DNA of 59,546 bases from an uncultured bacterium (GCA_947085985.1 CAMTYL010000004.1:1-59546), one strand, 5' to 3'. Positions 17,173-29,248 are shown, numbered from the stretch's first letter. The notes: a model not told the origin generated them from the sequence alone. Program-made: numbers and translations.

Positions 17173-17886
17173 GTGCAAACTAAGACATTGACTCAGTGGT
17201 ATTATTACTACATGAAAGAAGCCGAGCGGGCTCAGGCCCAAATGATGAGGCGCTCCGGAAAGAGCATAAAGACTATTGCTTCCCTTCTAGGGGTGAGCCC
17301 CAGCTCGGTCAGCCGCTGGTGCGCAACGATTGAACTTTCGCCTGCTCAAAAGGTGTCACTTGACGCGGCTCGTCGTGCAGCAGGATTAAAGGCTTTGGCT
17401 CCTTGGGTCGCAAGGAACAGACAACTGAAACAAGCTGACGTTACAGCCCAGCTAGCCGCAGGTACTGCAGATGTTGGGAATATGACTATGCGAGACCTGT
17501 TCATTCTTGGACTTGGGCTATATTGGGGAGAGGGATATAAGCGCGGTAGCCAAGAATGTGGTTTCACTAACTCTGATCCAGCTATCATTCGAACTATACT
17601 CAGGTGGTTTAGAGACTGTTACCAAGTAGATAGCACAAGAATAATTGCTCGGGTGACAATAAACAATCTGTACCGAGCCGAAGCGGAACGCATAATGTGT
17701 GATTGGTCAAAGGATACCCAGATTCCTCTTTCTCAATTTGGATCGCCAAGCTTCATTAGCGGGTACGGAAAATTGTCGAGGGACACACGTACGTACCGAG
17801 GCACACTTAGGATTAAAGTAAGAAACGGCACATCGCTCCGCAGACGCATTCTGGCAAGCCTAGATAGCGTAGCTAGCTCTAAGTAA
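17173..17886 (+). CDS. HTH + LAGLIDADG-like domain protein (possible free-standing homing-endonuclease relative)
   Basis: N-terminal HTH (KSIKTIASLLGVSPSSVSRW). Central FILGLGLYWGEGYK followed by ECGFTNSDPAIIRTILRWF resembles the single LAGLIDADG motif and following strand. Motif-level only. Confidence 0.4.
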   Translation: MQTKTLTQWYYYYMKEAERAQAQMMRRSGKSIKTIASLLGVSPSSVSRWCATIELSPAQKVSLDAARRAAGLKALAPWVARNRQLKQADVTAQLAAGTADVGNMTMRDLFILGLGLYWGEGYKRGSQECGFTNSDPAIIRTILRWFRDCYQVDSTRIIARVTINNLYRAEAERIMCDWSKDTQIPLSQFGSPSFISGYGKLSRDTRTYRGTLRIKVRNGTSLRRRILASLDSVASSK

Positions 17887-18475
17887 TTTCGCCGAATTCG
17901 CGCAGCACCGTCTCATACTTCTGAATCGTCCTATATGCCAGCGTGTCACTAAGTTCAAAGGAGGAACCTTGGTGCGCAATTTCGTTGCGAATCTTGTGCG
18001 CCTCCCACGCGTCTTGAATGGAAGCGATGCGTCCTGGACCTACTTGCTTCAGCCGCTCTCCGACCGATTCGCCTGCATACCCATCGTGCTCCAGTGCATC
18101 AAAGAGAATAATGTCTGCCTCAATGATAGCTTGCCGCCAATCATTTACGTGCGGGCTTTCAATCAGCTCTTTTACGTGTCTCCAGCGACTCTGCTCAACA
18201 GTCTCAATCGCTTCGTGCGTATCGTGAATGGTTCTGTATTTTGGCTCGTCTTCAGCACAGACCTGCTTGTACCGAAGGAATGCATAGATAAAGAGAGCAA
18301 GAAGACCCGCACTTATGAGAAACGAGATACTTGAGACAATAAGCCAGAACTGCGCAAGCAGCGACCAGAAGTCCAACTGTACCCCGGGCGCCCGTACACC
18401 CAAGATGGTTTCGTACAGAATACGAAAAAAATAGTCTAGATTAAGAAAATGTACCGGAGGTCCTTCTTCAGGCAT
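17879..18475 (-). CDS. membrane protein, unknown function
   Basis: 198 aa, one or two TM helices then a soluble helical domain. Confidence 0.45.
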   Translation of the reverse strand: MPEEGPPVHFLNLDYFFRILYETILGVRAPGVQLDFWSLLAQFWLIVSSISFLISAGLLALFIYAFLRYKQVCAEDEPKYRTIHDTHEAIETVEQSRWRHVKELIESPHVNDWRQAIIEADIILFDALEHDGYAGESVGERLKQVGPGRIASIQDAWEAHKIRNEIAHQGSSFELSDTLAYRTIQKYETVLREFGEIT

Positions 18476-18483
18476 CCCTCGTA

Positions 18484-19917
18484 TTATAGCGCCTCGCCAG
18501 TCACCTGTGCGCCCGCTTTAAACAAAAGCTCTTCGGCACCCTTTGGTGCGGTGAAGTGAATACCTACGGGCAGCAATACCCCATCACGCATAACGTCTCC
18601 CATAGGCACAGAGATAGCGGGCATGCCCGTTAAGTTTGCGGTGACCGTAAAAATATCCTCCAGGTACATAGATACAGGGTCGGACTTCTCCCCAAAACGA
18701 AACGCAGGGGACGGCGTAGTTGGAAACGCAACCACATCGCACATACTAAATGCATTGTCGTACTCGGCAGTGAGCAGTCCTCGCGCCGCGTCAGCCTTTC
18801 GGTAGTAGGCGTCAATGTACCCCGACGACAACACAAAGGTACCCAAAAGTATTCGGCGCTTTGTTTCTTTTCCAAATCCTTCGGTCTTACTGAGCACGTA
18901 GTCCTCAAGTAAATCCTTGCCTCTCGCCGCGTGCCCATAGCGAATACCATCGTAGCGAGCAAGGTTTGCAGACGCCTCCGCTGGCTGTATGACGTAATAC
19001 ACCGGAAGCGCGTAGGGACTGGTTGGAAGTGATACGTCTACCAGCGTGTGTCCTTCTGTCTCAAGGCGTGCAAGTGTCTCCTCAAACAGTGCCAGCAAGT
19101 CCTCATCAATACCCTCCTTAAGAAGATCGCGCGGTACACCGATGCGAAGTGTGGTTGGCACAGGAACGGAGGTGTAGGTATCGTCAGTAATGCTGGTAGC
19201 ATCGTTGGCGTCCCCTCCTTTGATTGCCTCGTACAGCGCCTTGGTATCGGCTACTGTTTTTGCAAACGGACCTATTTGATCAAGCGAAGAACCAAGAGCG
19301 ATAGCGCCGTGACGAGACACTCTGCCGTAGGTAGGCTTTAGTCCCACGAGGCCACAGTGTGCAGCTGGCTGACGAATAGAACCACCCGTGTCAGTACCAA
19401 GCGAACCAAGCGCTCCGTAGGCTGCAACTGAAGCAGCGGAGCCTCCGGAAGAGCCTCCAGGAACACGCGAGGTGTCGCGCGGATTACGTACCACTCCGAA
19501 CGCGGAGTTCTCGGTAGAGCTACCCATTGCAAACTCGTCCATGTTCGTGCGTCCCACAAACAGCGCGCCCGCCTCCTTTAGCTTCGTTATCACCGTAGCG
19601 TCGTAGACCGCCATGTGATTAGCGAGCATCTTGGACGCGGCACTTGCTACGTGCCCCTTTATCAAAATATTGTCCTTAATAGCAAGCGGAATACCACAGA
19701 GAAGCGGTGCCTGCCCTCCCTCCTCATCTATACGTTTTTGTGCGCGAGCGATAGCATCATCGTCTGCGCTAAACAATTCAAGATATGCGTTCAGTTCTTC
19801 GTTTCGCTCGCTCGCCGCGAGTGCGCAGGCGTCCCACAGCTCTCGCACGGTACACTCGCCCGCGCGCAACATGCGCGCTGCCTCTGTAATGGTGAGTTCG
19901 TTACGTAACTTAGTCAT
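18484..19917 (-). CDS. gatA: Asp-tRNA(Asn)/Glu-tRNA(Gln) amidotransferase subunit A
   Basis: 477 aa, amidase signature GGSSGGSAASVAA, full-length GatA-like; overlaps the gatC stop. Confidence 0.93.
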   Translation of the reverse strand: MTKLRNELTITEAARMLRAGECTVRELWDACALAASERNEELNAYLELFSADDDAIARAQKRIDEEGGQAPLLCGIPLAIKDNILIKGHVASAASKMLANHMAVYDATVITKLKEAGALFVGRTNMDEFAMGSSTENSAFGVVRNPRDTSRVPGGSSGGSAASVAAYGALGSLGTDTGGSIRQPAAHCGLVGLKPTYGRVSRHGAIALGSSLDQIGPFAKTVADTKALYEAIKGGDANDATSITDDTYTSVPVPTTLRIGVPRDLLKEGIDEDLLALFEETLARLETEGHTLVDVSLPTSPYALPVYYVIQPAEASANLARYDGIRYGHAARGKDLLEDYVLSKTEGFGKETKRRILLGTFVLSSGYIDAYYRKADAARGLLTAEYDNAFSMCDVVAFPTTPSPAFRFGEKSDPVSMYLEDIFTVTANLTGMPAISVPMGDVMRDGVLLPVGIHFTAPKGAEELLFKAGAQVTGEAL

Positions 19918-20215
19918 GGGAGATAATTTGCTTCACCGACAAGCTATTGCCGCTTTTTTGTGGAAATTGCGCTACAAGAGCTTCGGTGTACTCACCTGGC
20001 ACTGTTGGTTCACCGTCTTCTCGCAACACATTACGTACTGGCGAAAGAGTCTGGTCGCCACCAGAGGGTAGCGTCAGCTCATCCAGCTTTCCCACATATG
20101 CCAAAATCGCATCAAATTCGGCCGCAAATCGCTCCAACTCTGCTTCAGGGATAGCTATACGAGAAAGCGCCGCAAGTCGGGCGACATCTTCTTTGGTTGC
20201 TTTAGCAGCTGCCAT
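19910..20215 (-). CDS. gatC: Asp-tRNA(Asn)/Glu-tRNA(Gln) amidotransferase subunit C
   Basis: 101 aa, LSRIAIPEAELERFAAEFDAILAYV pattern, immediately upstream of gatA. Confidence 0.85.
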   Translation of the reverse strand: MAAAKATKEDVARLAALSRIAIPEAELERFAAEFDAILAYVGKLDELTLPSGGDQTLSPVRNVLREDGEPTVPGEYTEALVAQFPQKSGNSLSVKQIISHD

Positions 20216-20229
20216 ATATCACGACTCTA

Positions 20230-22251
<2,022 letters not shown>

Positions 22252-22283
22252 CTACCCCACCCTACATTCTCACGCAGTAAACT

Positions 22284-22754
22284 CTATTGCCCGTACACTG
22301 CCTTAAGACCACGCTGAATTCTACGCAAATCATCCGCTTCACATGTATTGAATCCATTAGCCAGTATGACCGTCTGGTTAGTGGTTGTTTTATCTATGGT
22401 CACGTATCCGAGTGTTCCGTACGAAGTACACGGAATTGCGAACTCTGTCCTTCTGGTACCTGCAACCAAAACATAGGAAATGAAATTTGTAACAGGCATG
22501 TTGTTACAAGAGATATCTTCCCTATCAAGAGGCGTCGTATAGTCAAACGCGGCAAACTTTTGGTCCCAGTAGAGTGCGCACTCTAGGGTAGTGTCCGCAT
22601 TGTAGAACGCGTACTGTGACTGTGTTGCTGACGAGGCGAGCGTTATCTGCTTGTAGGTAATATCAAGCAGGGTGAGTCCGACAGATACGACCACCGAAGA
22701 CACAATGACTGCAATGATGAGCGTAAAGCCTCGTGGGTTGGTGTGATGCATCAT
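22284..22754 (-). CDS. minor pilin-like protein (prepilin-type N-terminus)
   Basis: Leader MMHHTNPR then GFTLIIAVIVSSVV hydrophobic helix. Confidence 0.65.
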   Translation of the reverse strand: MMHHTNPRGFTLIIAVIVSSVVVSVGLTLLDITYKQITLASSATQSQYAFYNADTTLECALYWDQKFAAFDYTTPLDREDISCNNMPVTNFISYVLVAGTRRTEFAIPCTSYGTLGYVTIDKTTTNQTVILANGFNTCEADDLRRIQRGLKAVYGQ

Positions 22755-23416
22755 AGCCAGTTTCGCAAGTGCTCAACTATTTCAATGCTGTACGGTTTAC
22801 CTCCACTGGTCCAATTCACTGTCACCGACACCTTCATCTCGGTAGGACTGATGCGCGTAAGTTGCACTGTTCTTGTAAAACCTGTTTTTGGATTTGTAGC
22901 GCTCTCACCTATAAAGTGATTGTATATGCCTGTTGAAAGCAATTTGAGGTTCGGGCAGCTTGTACAAGACTGCACCGTAATGTTCTGATACCCGTCAACA
23001 ATACATTTAAAGCCATCTGTACAATTAACAGCGCTGTTAGCACTACCATCCAATCCAAAGAACCATGAGCGTGGGCTCGCAGGGTATTTAATATTGTACA
23101 AATAATTGTTGTCACGGATGGCACGCACAATTTCCACTCCGTCCTGCGCTAGGTTTGATGCTACGAGCCTGTCGCGAGCAGTATAGGAGCTGACAACCCC
23201 TTGTTGGAGCGCAAACATTGGTCCAATGATGGCAATGGTGAGTATGGCAATCGCCACCATAGTCTCAACGAGCGTAAATCCCTTAGTGGTCGTAATCATC
23301 CCGTTAGAAATAGAACTCACCGTAGTATGCGCCGTGCGTTTTGGTAGCAACACTGACCAAACAAGTGTCGTGGTCAAGTGCGGGTTATGGTGACTAAGAT
23401 TTCTAACGGGAATCAT
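22751..23416 (-). CDS. minor pilin-like protein (prepilin-type N-terminal methylation domain)
   Basis: KGFTLVETMVAIAILTIAIIGP motif. The track start gives a 45-aa leader; an internal Met at about 23299 (MITTTKGFTLVE) may be the true start. Confidence 0.65.
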   Translation of the reverse strand: MIPVRNLSHHNPHLTTTLVWSVLLPKRTAHTTVSSISNGMITTTKGFTLVETMVAIAILTIAIIGPMFALQQGVVSSYTARDRLVASNLAQDGVEIVRAIRDNNYLYNIKYPASPRSWFFGLDGSANSAVNCTDGFKCIVDGYQNITVQSCTSCPNLKLLSTGIYNHFIGESATNPKTGFTRTVQLTRISPTEMKVSVTVNWTSGGKPYSIEIVEHLRNWL

Positions 23417-24018
23417 ATTTCAAGATAGCGCTGGGTTGCAGACGTCTGTAGCGTAAACTGTACTGCGCGTCCCTGTGCCGAAGGCATAGTACCCCTAATA
23501 CTTACGGTTACTCTTGGTTGTAGTGGCTCCGGAAATTCAGACACGCCAACGCCGCGCACATCGAATACTAACGCGTTTACCGTGATGCGAGGATCGGTCA
23601 GGCTGACTGCGTCCAGGCTACTGCACTGCGCAGTAGAGCCTTGCGGAAGAACACATTGCGCCACCGTGTTTTCCTTGAGCAGATACGTTACCCTCTGCTT
23701 TTGACTATCAATAAATGAAAACTGGGAACACGTGCCATTCCCAACGCCAGCACAACTGTAGGATTCTCCAGTTCGAATGTTTCTGGAAATACTGTCTACT
23801 GCAAACGAGAGGTTAACTACCAGCTCGTTGGTTGCACGCGCTTCCTTATCCAACGTAATAATCGTGAGATATGCTGCAGTAGAGACAAGCATCACCACAC
23901 TGAAAAGTCCCACGGAGACAATAATCTCCACAAGAGTAAATCCACGAATTGGCGGGGTGTGATTCATAACTAACAGTTGCCTACGGCTATTTGCCCTACC
24001 TTCGATACGTTTACACAC
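23413..24018 (-). CDS. minor pilin-like protein (PilW/PulJ-like)
   Basis: RGFTLVEIIVSVGLFSVVML motif; alternative start at 23967 (MNHTPPIRGFTLVE). Confidence 0.65.
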   Translation of the reverse strand: MCKRIEGRANSRRQLLVMNHTPPIRGFTLVEIIVSVGLFSVVMLVSTAAYLTIITLDKEARATNELVVNLSFAVDSISRNIRTGESYSCAGVGNGTCSQFSFIDSQKQRVTYLLKENTVAQCVLPQGSTAQCSSLDAVSLTDPRITVNALVFDVRGVGVSEFPEPLQPRVTVSIRGTMPSAQGRAVQFTLQTSATQRYLEI

Positions 24019-24656
24019 CTGTTTTCACCATCTGGGGAAGTAATATATATTTTTGCCGAAGTAAGTTCTACTAACGATCCAGCGCGCTCCCCAAGCATAA
24101 CAGCTTGCGTGTTTGGTCGTAGGAAGGAAATATGAAGTTCATCAAGGTCGCCAATTATGCACTGTTGTAGTCCTACCTTAGGAAAGCCGCAAAAACCCGA
24201 CACTTTAAATCCGTGATTCAAATTATAGGTCGTCACCAGCTCGGCTGAGCCGTTATACTCACAATTACCTGGGCGTGACTCTAAGCCAGTCTGCGCAACG
24301 TGACCAGGACACAGCCCTCCCTGGCCGTTGCCCGGAGCACTTGGAACGGTGTCAGCAAAAAGGGTGTAGGACGTGAAGGAGCCTTTGGTGAAATGCACTC
24401 CATAGCCTGCATTCTGCGTAGTTTGAAACTTGCGACTTGAGAGAGCAAAGGTCTGTGCTTGTCGCAAGGTAAAGGCTACCGTGTAGGCAGTGTCCACCAG
24501 CACTAAGTTTTTATTGAACCTGTCTTGCCCCAGAAGAACAATACTCGTAATAATCAAAATGATACCGAGGGAGACGAGCATCTCCACCATGGTGAACCCA
24601 CGCATTGGGGAAGGCGCTTTAGGGGTTTGTTTTAGAAGAGAGGCAGAGGATTCCAT
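23970..24656 (-). CDS. minor pilin-like protein (GspH/FimT-like)
   Basis: RGFTMVEMLVSLGIILIITSIVLL prepilin motif. Confidence 0.65.
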   Translation of the reverse strand: MESSASLLKQTPKAPSPMRGFTMVEMLVSLGIILIITSIVLLGQDRFNKNLVLVDTAYTVAFTLRQAQTFALSSRKFQTTQNAGYGVHFTKGSFTSYTLFADTVPSAPGNGQGGLCPGHVAQTGLESRPGNCEYNGSAELVTTYNLNHGFKVSGFCGFPKVGLQQCIIGDLDELHISFLRPNTQAVMLGERAGSLVELTSAKIYITSPDGENRCVNVSKVGQIAVGNC

Positions 24657-25387
24657 CCGGTAAAGTAAGCGAGGAGGAAGCCGAGCGCTAGAAACGGCAC
24701 GAACGGCACCTCAATACCCATTCTATGCCCCGGTCGTGTGCTCGCCAATACCACTATCCCGTACAGTGCGCCAATCCAGAACGAGAAGAGGACTCCCGGA
24801 ATAGTGAACGCGGGCCCGGTAAGTATGGCCAATCCAAGCACTACTGGAGTATCACCAAGACCCATTGCCCTGCCGCGTGAAAATACATGGAACGCCAGGA
24901 ATATAGACGCAGCGACACCAGCAACCATAAGGGAGAGACCGAGCGAGAGCGGGTCGGGTGCTAAAACAGCACGGTATAGGATGGCGATTACTACGAAACC
25001 GACTACCGGACGCATAGAAACAATGGTGTGTCGTATGTCGTAGAGCACAATGAAAAGCAACACAAGTAGTGCTGCTAGCAGTATGAAGAATGCTGGTGTT
25101 AGCCCATGAATAACGAATGCCGAAAGAACCGCAAGAGCCATCACCCCCTCTACCACCACGTGTCGCACGGGAATCAGTGAGCCACAAGAGCGGCACCTGC
25201 CCCGCGCAATGAGCCACGAAAACATCGGAATCAAATCTCTGGCACGCAGAGTCACTGAACACGAGTCGCACCGGGAGCGGTCATTCCCCCACCTCGACCC
25301 TGTATGGATGCGCTCAGCGATGACGCCAACAAAGCTGGCGAGCATCGCACCCAGCAGGGAGACGCCGATACCAGAAAGCAGTATCAT
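24632..25387 (-). CDS. pilD: prepilin peptidase (A24 family)
   Basis: Cys-rich N-methyltransferase loop (CDSC...CRSCG), polytopic membrane body with GLGD and G..D aspartyl motifs. Confidence 0.85.
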   Translation of the reverse strand: MILLSGIGVSLLGAMLASFVGVIAERIHTGSRWGNDRSRCDSCSVTLRARDLIPMFSWLIARGRCRSCGSLIPVRHVVVEGVMALAVLSAFVIHGLTPAFFILLAALLVLLFIVLYDIRHTIVSMRPVVGFVVIAILYRAVLAPDPLSLGLSLMVAGVAASIFLAFHVFSRGRAMGLGDTPVVLGLAILTGPAFTIPGVLFSFWIGALYGIVVLASTRPGHRMGIEVPFVPFLALGFLLAYFTGWNPLPLF

Positions 25388-25393
25388 GTGTGT

Positions 25394-25885
25394 TTACGGA
25401 CACGTGAACCCGGTAAGAGGTGCTGTTCTAAACCCAGCGGTTCCATTACTGTCTACACACCACGCCTGGATAGAGCCGTTAGCTGAGGCCTTCAGTGGTA
25501 CCCATGCTGCCCACGCAGCTGCCGTGTCGTGACACTGAGCAGTGTTCCATGTTGAAGCTGTGCCATCAACATATGTGGTCGCAGCAGTGCCCTTGTACGC
25601 ACGCTCCGCTGCCTGCACCATACTTCCAATCCGGTTTGCCCCGGTCGTTGCACAGACCCCTTCATACGTAAGTGTCGCTGAGAGGTCGTAATAGGTTTGC
25701 GCCTCTACACGAGCGTTTGAGAGGTTTGACTTTATGGCAGCGTCCGCACCCTTGTCTCTGGCGGTATTGAGTGCTGAGAGGACTACAGAGGAAAGAATGC
25801 CAATAATAGCAATCACCACGAGAAGCTCAATAAGGGTGAAGCCCGCCAAGCCTCTATTCTTAGTTGTTGAGAGTGTTCGTTTCAT
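25394..25885 (-). CDS. type IV major pilin (PilA-like), copy 1
   Basis: GFTLIELLVVIAIIGILSSVVLSALNTARDKG canonical class III signal plus N-terminal helix; C-terminal Cys pair. Confidence 0.85.
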   Translation of the reverse strand: MKRTLSTTKNRGLAGFTLIELLVVIAIIGILSSVVLSALNTARDKGADAAIKSNLSNARVEAQTYYDLSATLTYEGVCATTGANRIGSMVQAAERAYKGTAATTYVDGTASTWNTAQCHDTAAAWAAWVPLKASANGSIQAWCVDSNGTAGFRTAPLTGFTCP

Positions 25886-25944
25886 ACTGCGTTCAGTATA
25901 ACGCTATTTCGGTATGAGTGTACTTATGCGTGGGGATAGAATAG

Positions 25945-25970
25945 CAAAAGGACCCCGAAGGGTCCTTTTG
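25945..25970 (-). terminator. rho-independent terminator between the two pilin genes
   Basis: caaaaggaccc-cgaa-gggtccttttg. Confidence 0.75.
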
Positions 25971-26000
25971 CTGCAGAAAGAAACTTTCTTGCTTTAAGAA

Positions 26001-26423
26001 CTATGTTGCTGGGCAAACAACAGTGGTTGCGGCAATCGCTGCACTAACTGTGCGAGCTGCACCTGTTGAGTCTACACAGAAGTGTCCTGCCGTCTTAAGT
26101 GGTGCAGATGCTGCCCACGCAGACGCTACGCCAGTTGCAGGCTTTCCGCAGACCGGAGTACCTCCACCCGCTGCTCCAGCTGCAGTAAGCATGCCCGCAA
26201 CGATTGTGCTCTGAGTGGTAGCGTTTGCTCCACACACCGCATCGTAATCGGTGTCAGTATCGTAGATAAGCTCGGCCTGTGCACGTACGTTTGCCATGTT
26301 TGATTTAACGGCTGTATCAGCCCCCTTTGTGCGCGCCGTGTTGAGAGAGGCGAGCACCACAGAGGAGAGGACACCGATGATGGCGATAACAACGAGGAGC
26401 TCGATGAGGGTGAAACCCTTCAT
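26001..26423 (-). CDS. type IV major pilin (PilA-like), copy 2
   Basis: MKGFTLIELLVVIAIIGVLSSVVLASLNTARTKG. Start set to the internal ATG preceded by GAGGGA; C-terminal Cys pair. Confidence 0.85.
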   Translation of the reverse strand: MKGFTLIELLVVIAIIGVLSSVVLASLNTARTKGADTAVKSNMANVRAQAELIYDTDTDYDAVCGANATTQSTIVAGMLTAAGAAGGGTPVCGKPATGVASAWAASAPLKTAGHFCVDSTGAARTVSAAIAATTVVCPAT

Positions 26424-26567
26424 GTGTCCCTCGCGTGTGCCAGAGGATGCAAGAATCATAATAGTCTTTAAAGTTAATGCGGGTTATTTGTAATCGTCCG
26501 CTCTTGGTATTGTACGTGAGATTAGGCCACACATTACACAGGCTGTGGATAGCCTATCCATTTCTTA

Positions 26568-27776
26568 CTACCCCATTGATCCAGCGACGTTGTAAATTGG
26601 AATGAGTACGGACGCTAAAAGTGTTCCTACACCGAGGCCGAGCATCACAATCATGAGTGGTTCAATCAAGTCTACTAGCGTATCAACTGCGGTGATAACC
26701 TCACGCTGATAGAACTTTGCGAGCGTATCCAAAATAGAACCAAGCTCTCCCGTTTCCTCTCCCACGCGCACCATAGCCGTCATGATGCCCGGTATTTCTT
26801 CGTGCTTGCCGAGTGCGTCTGAGATGGATGAGCCGCCACGTACGTCCTCCCCCACTTGTTTTAGTATTGCCTCGTAGGTAGCGCTGCCTACAACCGCAGA
26901 GGTGATATCAACCGCCTCAACAACGGGCACACCGGAGACGAGCATGGTTGAGAAGTTGTCAGCGATGCGCGAGAGGTAAAGTTTTTGATACAGCGCGCCT
27001 ACGTAGGGAACATCTAGCTTAAAGCTATCAAAAATCATCCTTCCTTCAGGACTTTGTATTCCTTTCCAGGCCAGAAAACCGCCAACTACAAGTGCGAGCA
27101 GTACAAAGAAGCCATAATTTACCAACACATCAGAGAGATTGATAACAATTTGTGTGTAAATAGGAATTTCTTGCCCAGAGTCTTTCAGAATAGAGGCAAT
27201 TTTGGGAATCACCATCGTAAGCATGAGACCCATCACCACAAAGAACACGCCAATAACAAACGCTGGATAAATAAGCGCGTTCTGTGCTTTTGTCACCACT
27301 GCGTATGTTCTATCCAAATAGTCGGCAAGATAGCCGAAGGTATCAGACAGCTTTCCTGACTCCTCACCAGCGCGCACCATGTTTACGTAAAACGAGCTAA
27401 AAGCCTTTGGGTGCCTGGCAAGCGCCTTTGAAATAGGGCTTCCCCCCTGCAAATCGTCCGCGATTTGCGTCATGATATCTGCAAGAAGCTTGTTTTCTAT
27501 CTCTGCAGCAAGAAGCCTGAAGATGCGGAGCGCTGAAACTTGCGCTTCAAACAGAGTGGCAATCTGCCGCGAGAGAATAACAATCTCTTTGTTGGAAACG
27601 TGCTGAAACCAATTTATATCGAGCGAAAACAGTGACTTAGCCGCCGCTGGCTCAATTGAAGAAACAATAAGCTCGCGTCGCTGCAACGTTGCCACCGCAA
27701 CGTCCATAGACGGAGCCTCTACAGTTCCCTCTCGTGCATGACCGTCTTTTTCTAGTGCGTGGTAATTAAAAAGCAT
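26568..27776 (-). CDS. pilC: type IV pilus platform protein (GspF/PilC family)
   Basis: 402 aa, duplicated T2SSF domains, three TM segments. Confidence 0.9.
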   Translation of the reverse strand: MLFNYHALEKDGHAREGTVEAPSMDVAVATLQRRELIVSSIEPAAAKSLFSLDINWFQHVSNKEIVILSRQIATLFEAQVSALRIFRLLAAEIENKLLADIMTQIADDLQGGSPISKALARHPKAFSSFYVNMVRAGEESGKLSDTFGYLADYLDRTYAVVTKAQNALIYPAFVIGVFFVVMGLMLTMVIPKIASILKDSGQEIPIYTQIVINLSDVLVNYGFFVLLALVVGGFLAWKGIQSPEGRMIFDSFKLDVPYVGALYQKLYLSRIADNFSTMLVSGVPVVEAVDITSAVVGSATYEAILKQVGEDVRGGSSISDALGKHEEIPGIMTAMVRVGEETGELGSILDTLAKFYQREVITAVDTLVDLIEPLMIVMLGLGVGTLLASVLIPIYNVAGSMG

Positions 27777-27781
27777 GAGCG

Positions 27782-28846
27782 TTATAGATAGCGATCAAAC
27801 GTTTTAGGATCAAGCGCGCGCTCGTAGGCGTGCTCAATAGTGACGTCGCCGCGGCGCACCAGCTCGGCAAGTGAGCGATCCATGTCAATCATACCCTCTT
27901 GGGACGACGTCTGTATCACAGTCGTAATTTCGTGGGTTCGTCCTTCTCGAATAAGGTTTGCCACTGCGGCATTGTTGATAAGTAGTTCGTATGCAAGTGT
28001 CTGCCCACCAGAAATACGTGGTACCAATCGTTGTGAGAAAATGCCTGCAAGAGACCCTGCCAGCTGCACTCGCACTTGCTCCTGCTGATTTGAAGGAAAC
28101 ATATCAATAATGCGGTCAATGGTTTGTGCAGCATTGTTGGTGTGAAGCGTAGAGAGTACCAGGTGCCCCGTTTCAGCCGCGGTCACCGCGCTTGAAATAG
28201 TCTCTTGGTCGCGCATCTCTCCCACCATAATGACGTTCACGTCCTCGCGAAACGCCGCTTGCAGAGCCGCATGGAAGTTTGGTGTATCAATATGTACTTC
28301 GCGCTGGTGAATGAGCGACTTCTTTGGCTCAAAAATGTATTCAATCGGGTCTTCAATCGTGACGATGTGCTCTGCGCGCGTCTCATTAATGCGCTCCAAA
28401 ATAGCTGCGAGTGTGGTTGACTTACCCTGACCCACCGGTCCTACCACGAGAAAAAATCCCTGCTGCTTTTGTGTAAACACTTCAAGTACTGGCGGCAAAC
28501 CGAGTTCCTGGAAGGTGCGAATTTGGTGCGGAATAAGGCGAAACGCAATAGTAATAGCGCTTTGCACTATGTAGGCGTTGATTCGGAACCGGTCCTTCTC
28601 TTGATGTGAATATGAAAAGTCCACCGCCTGAGCAGTCCTGAAACCTTCCCAGCGGTCTTCAGGAAGAATGCTTTTCAGTAAGGCCTCAGTATCGGTTGCT
28701 GTAAGCACCTTGTGCTGCACCAGTGGTACCAGCGACCCAGATACTCTAATGATGGGCGGCGAGCCAGCAGAAATATGCAAATCGGATGCGCCTTCTGAAA
28801 CGACAGTATCAAGAAGCTCTCCTATGTTTGGTGCGACAGTGCTCAT
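27782..28846 (-). CDS. pilT: twitching-motility retraction ATPase PilT
   Basis: 354 aa. Walker A GPVGQGKSTT, Asp box, Walker B VIMVGEMRD, His box LSTLHTNNAAQTIDRI. Confidence 0.9.
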   Translation of the reverse strand: MSTVAPNIGELLDTVVSEGASDLHISAGSPPIIRVSGSLVPLVQHKVLTATDTEALLKSILPEDRWEGFRTAQAVDFSYSHQEKDRFRINAYIVQSAITIAFRLIPHQIRTFQELGLPPVLEVFTQKQQGFFLVVGPVGQGKSTTLAAILERINETRAEHIVTIEDPIEYIFEPKKSLIHQREVHIDTPNFHAALQAAFREDVNVIMVGEMRDQETISSAVTAAETGHLVLSTLHTNNAAQTIDRIIDMFPSNQQEQVRVQLAGSLAGIFSQRLVPRISGGQTLAYELLINNAAVANLIREGRTHEITTVIQTSSQEGMIDMDRSLAELVRRGDVTIEHAYERALDPKTFDRYL

Positions 28847-29238
28847 GCGGCCGCCTCAATAATGCGAAGCGTCTCCGTGTACACCTCAGACGGAATCGCA
28901 GACGCTTTAATAATGTACCCGTGCGCACCGAGCGCCTTGGCCCGCTCAATATCACTCTCCTGTCCTTGGTTGGAAAGCACAATAAGCTTACTAGCCGCCG
29001 CAAGCCCTTCTTTTTTCACCGTTTCAAGCACCTCAAACCCATCCACGCCTGGCATGACGATATCAAGCAAAAGCGCATCTGGTGCCGGATCTTTTCTAAG
29101 GGCTGCCAGCACCTCTTCCCCGCTTGAAAACGCGGTTACCTCATGGTTCGCTGCCTTAAATTTTACAGCGTACATATCCAGTAAGAAGCGGTCGTCGTCT
29201 ACAAGGTAGAGGTGGTAGTGCTTGTGTTCAGTTTCCAT
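28843..29238 (-). CDS. stand-alone response-regulator receiver domain protein
   Basis: 131 aa CheY-like: DD acidic pocket (LVDDD), phospho-acceptor LLDIVMPGVDG, conserved K (GYIIKA). 4-nt overlap with the pilT start. Confidence 0.8.
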   Translation of the reverse strand: METEHKHYHLYLVDDDRFLLDMYAVKFKAANHEVTAFSSGEEVLAALRKDPAPDALLLDIVMPGVDGFEVLETVKKEGLAAASKLIVLSNQGQESDIERAKALGAHGYIIKASAIPSEVYTETLRIIEAAA

Positions 29239-29248
29239 AGGCGGTCAG

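Noticed and set aside
16827-17191. Plus-strand ORFs 16827-17018 and 16892-17191
   Set aside because: They overlap the intron-containing tRNA gene on the opposite strand. The region is explained by tRNA exons plus group I intron core sequences.
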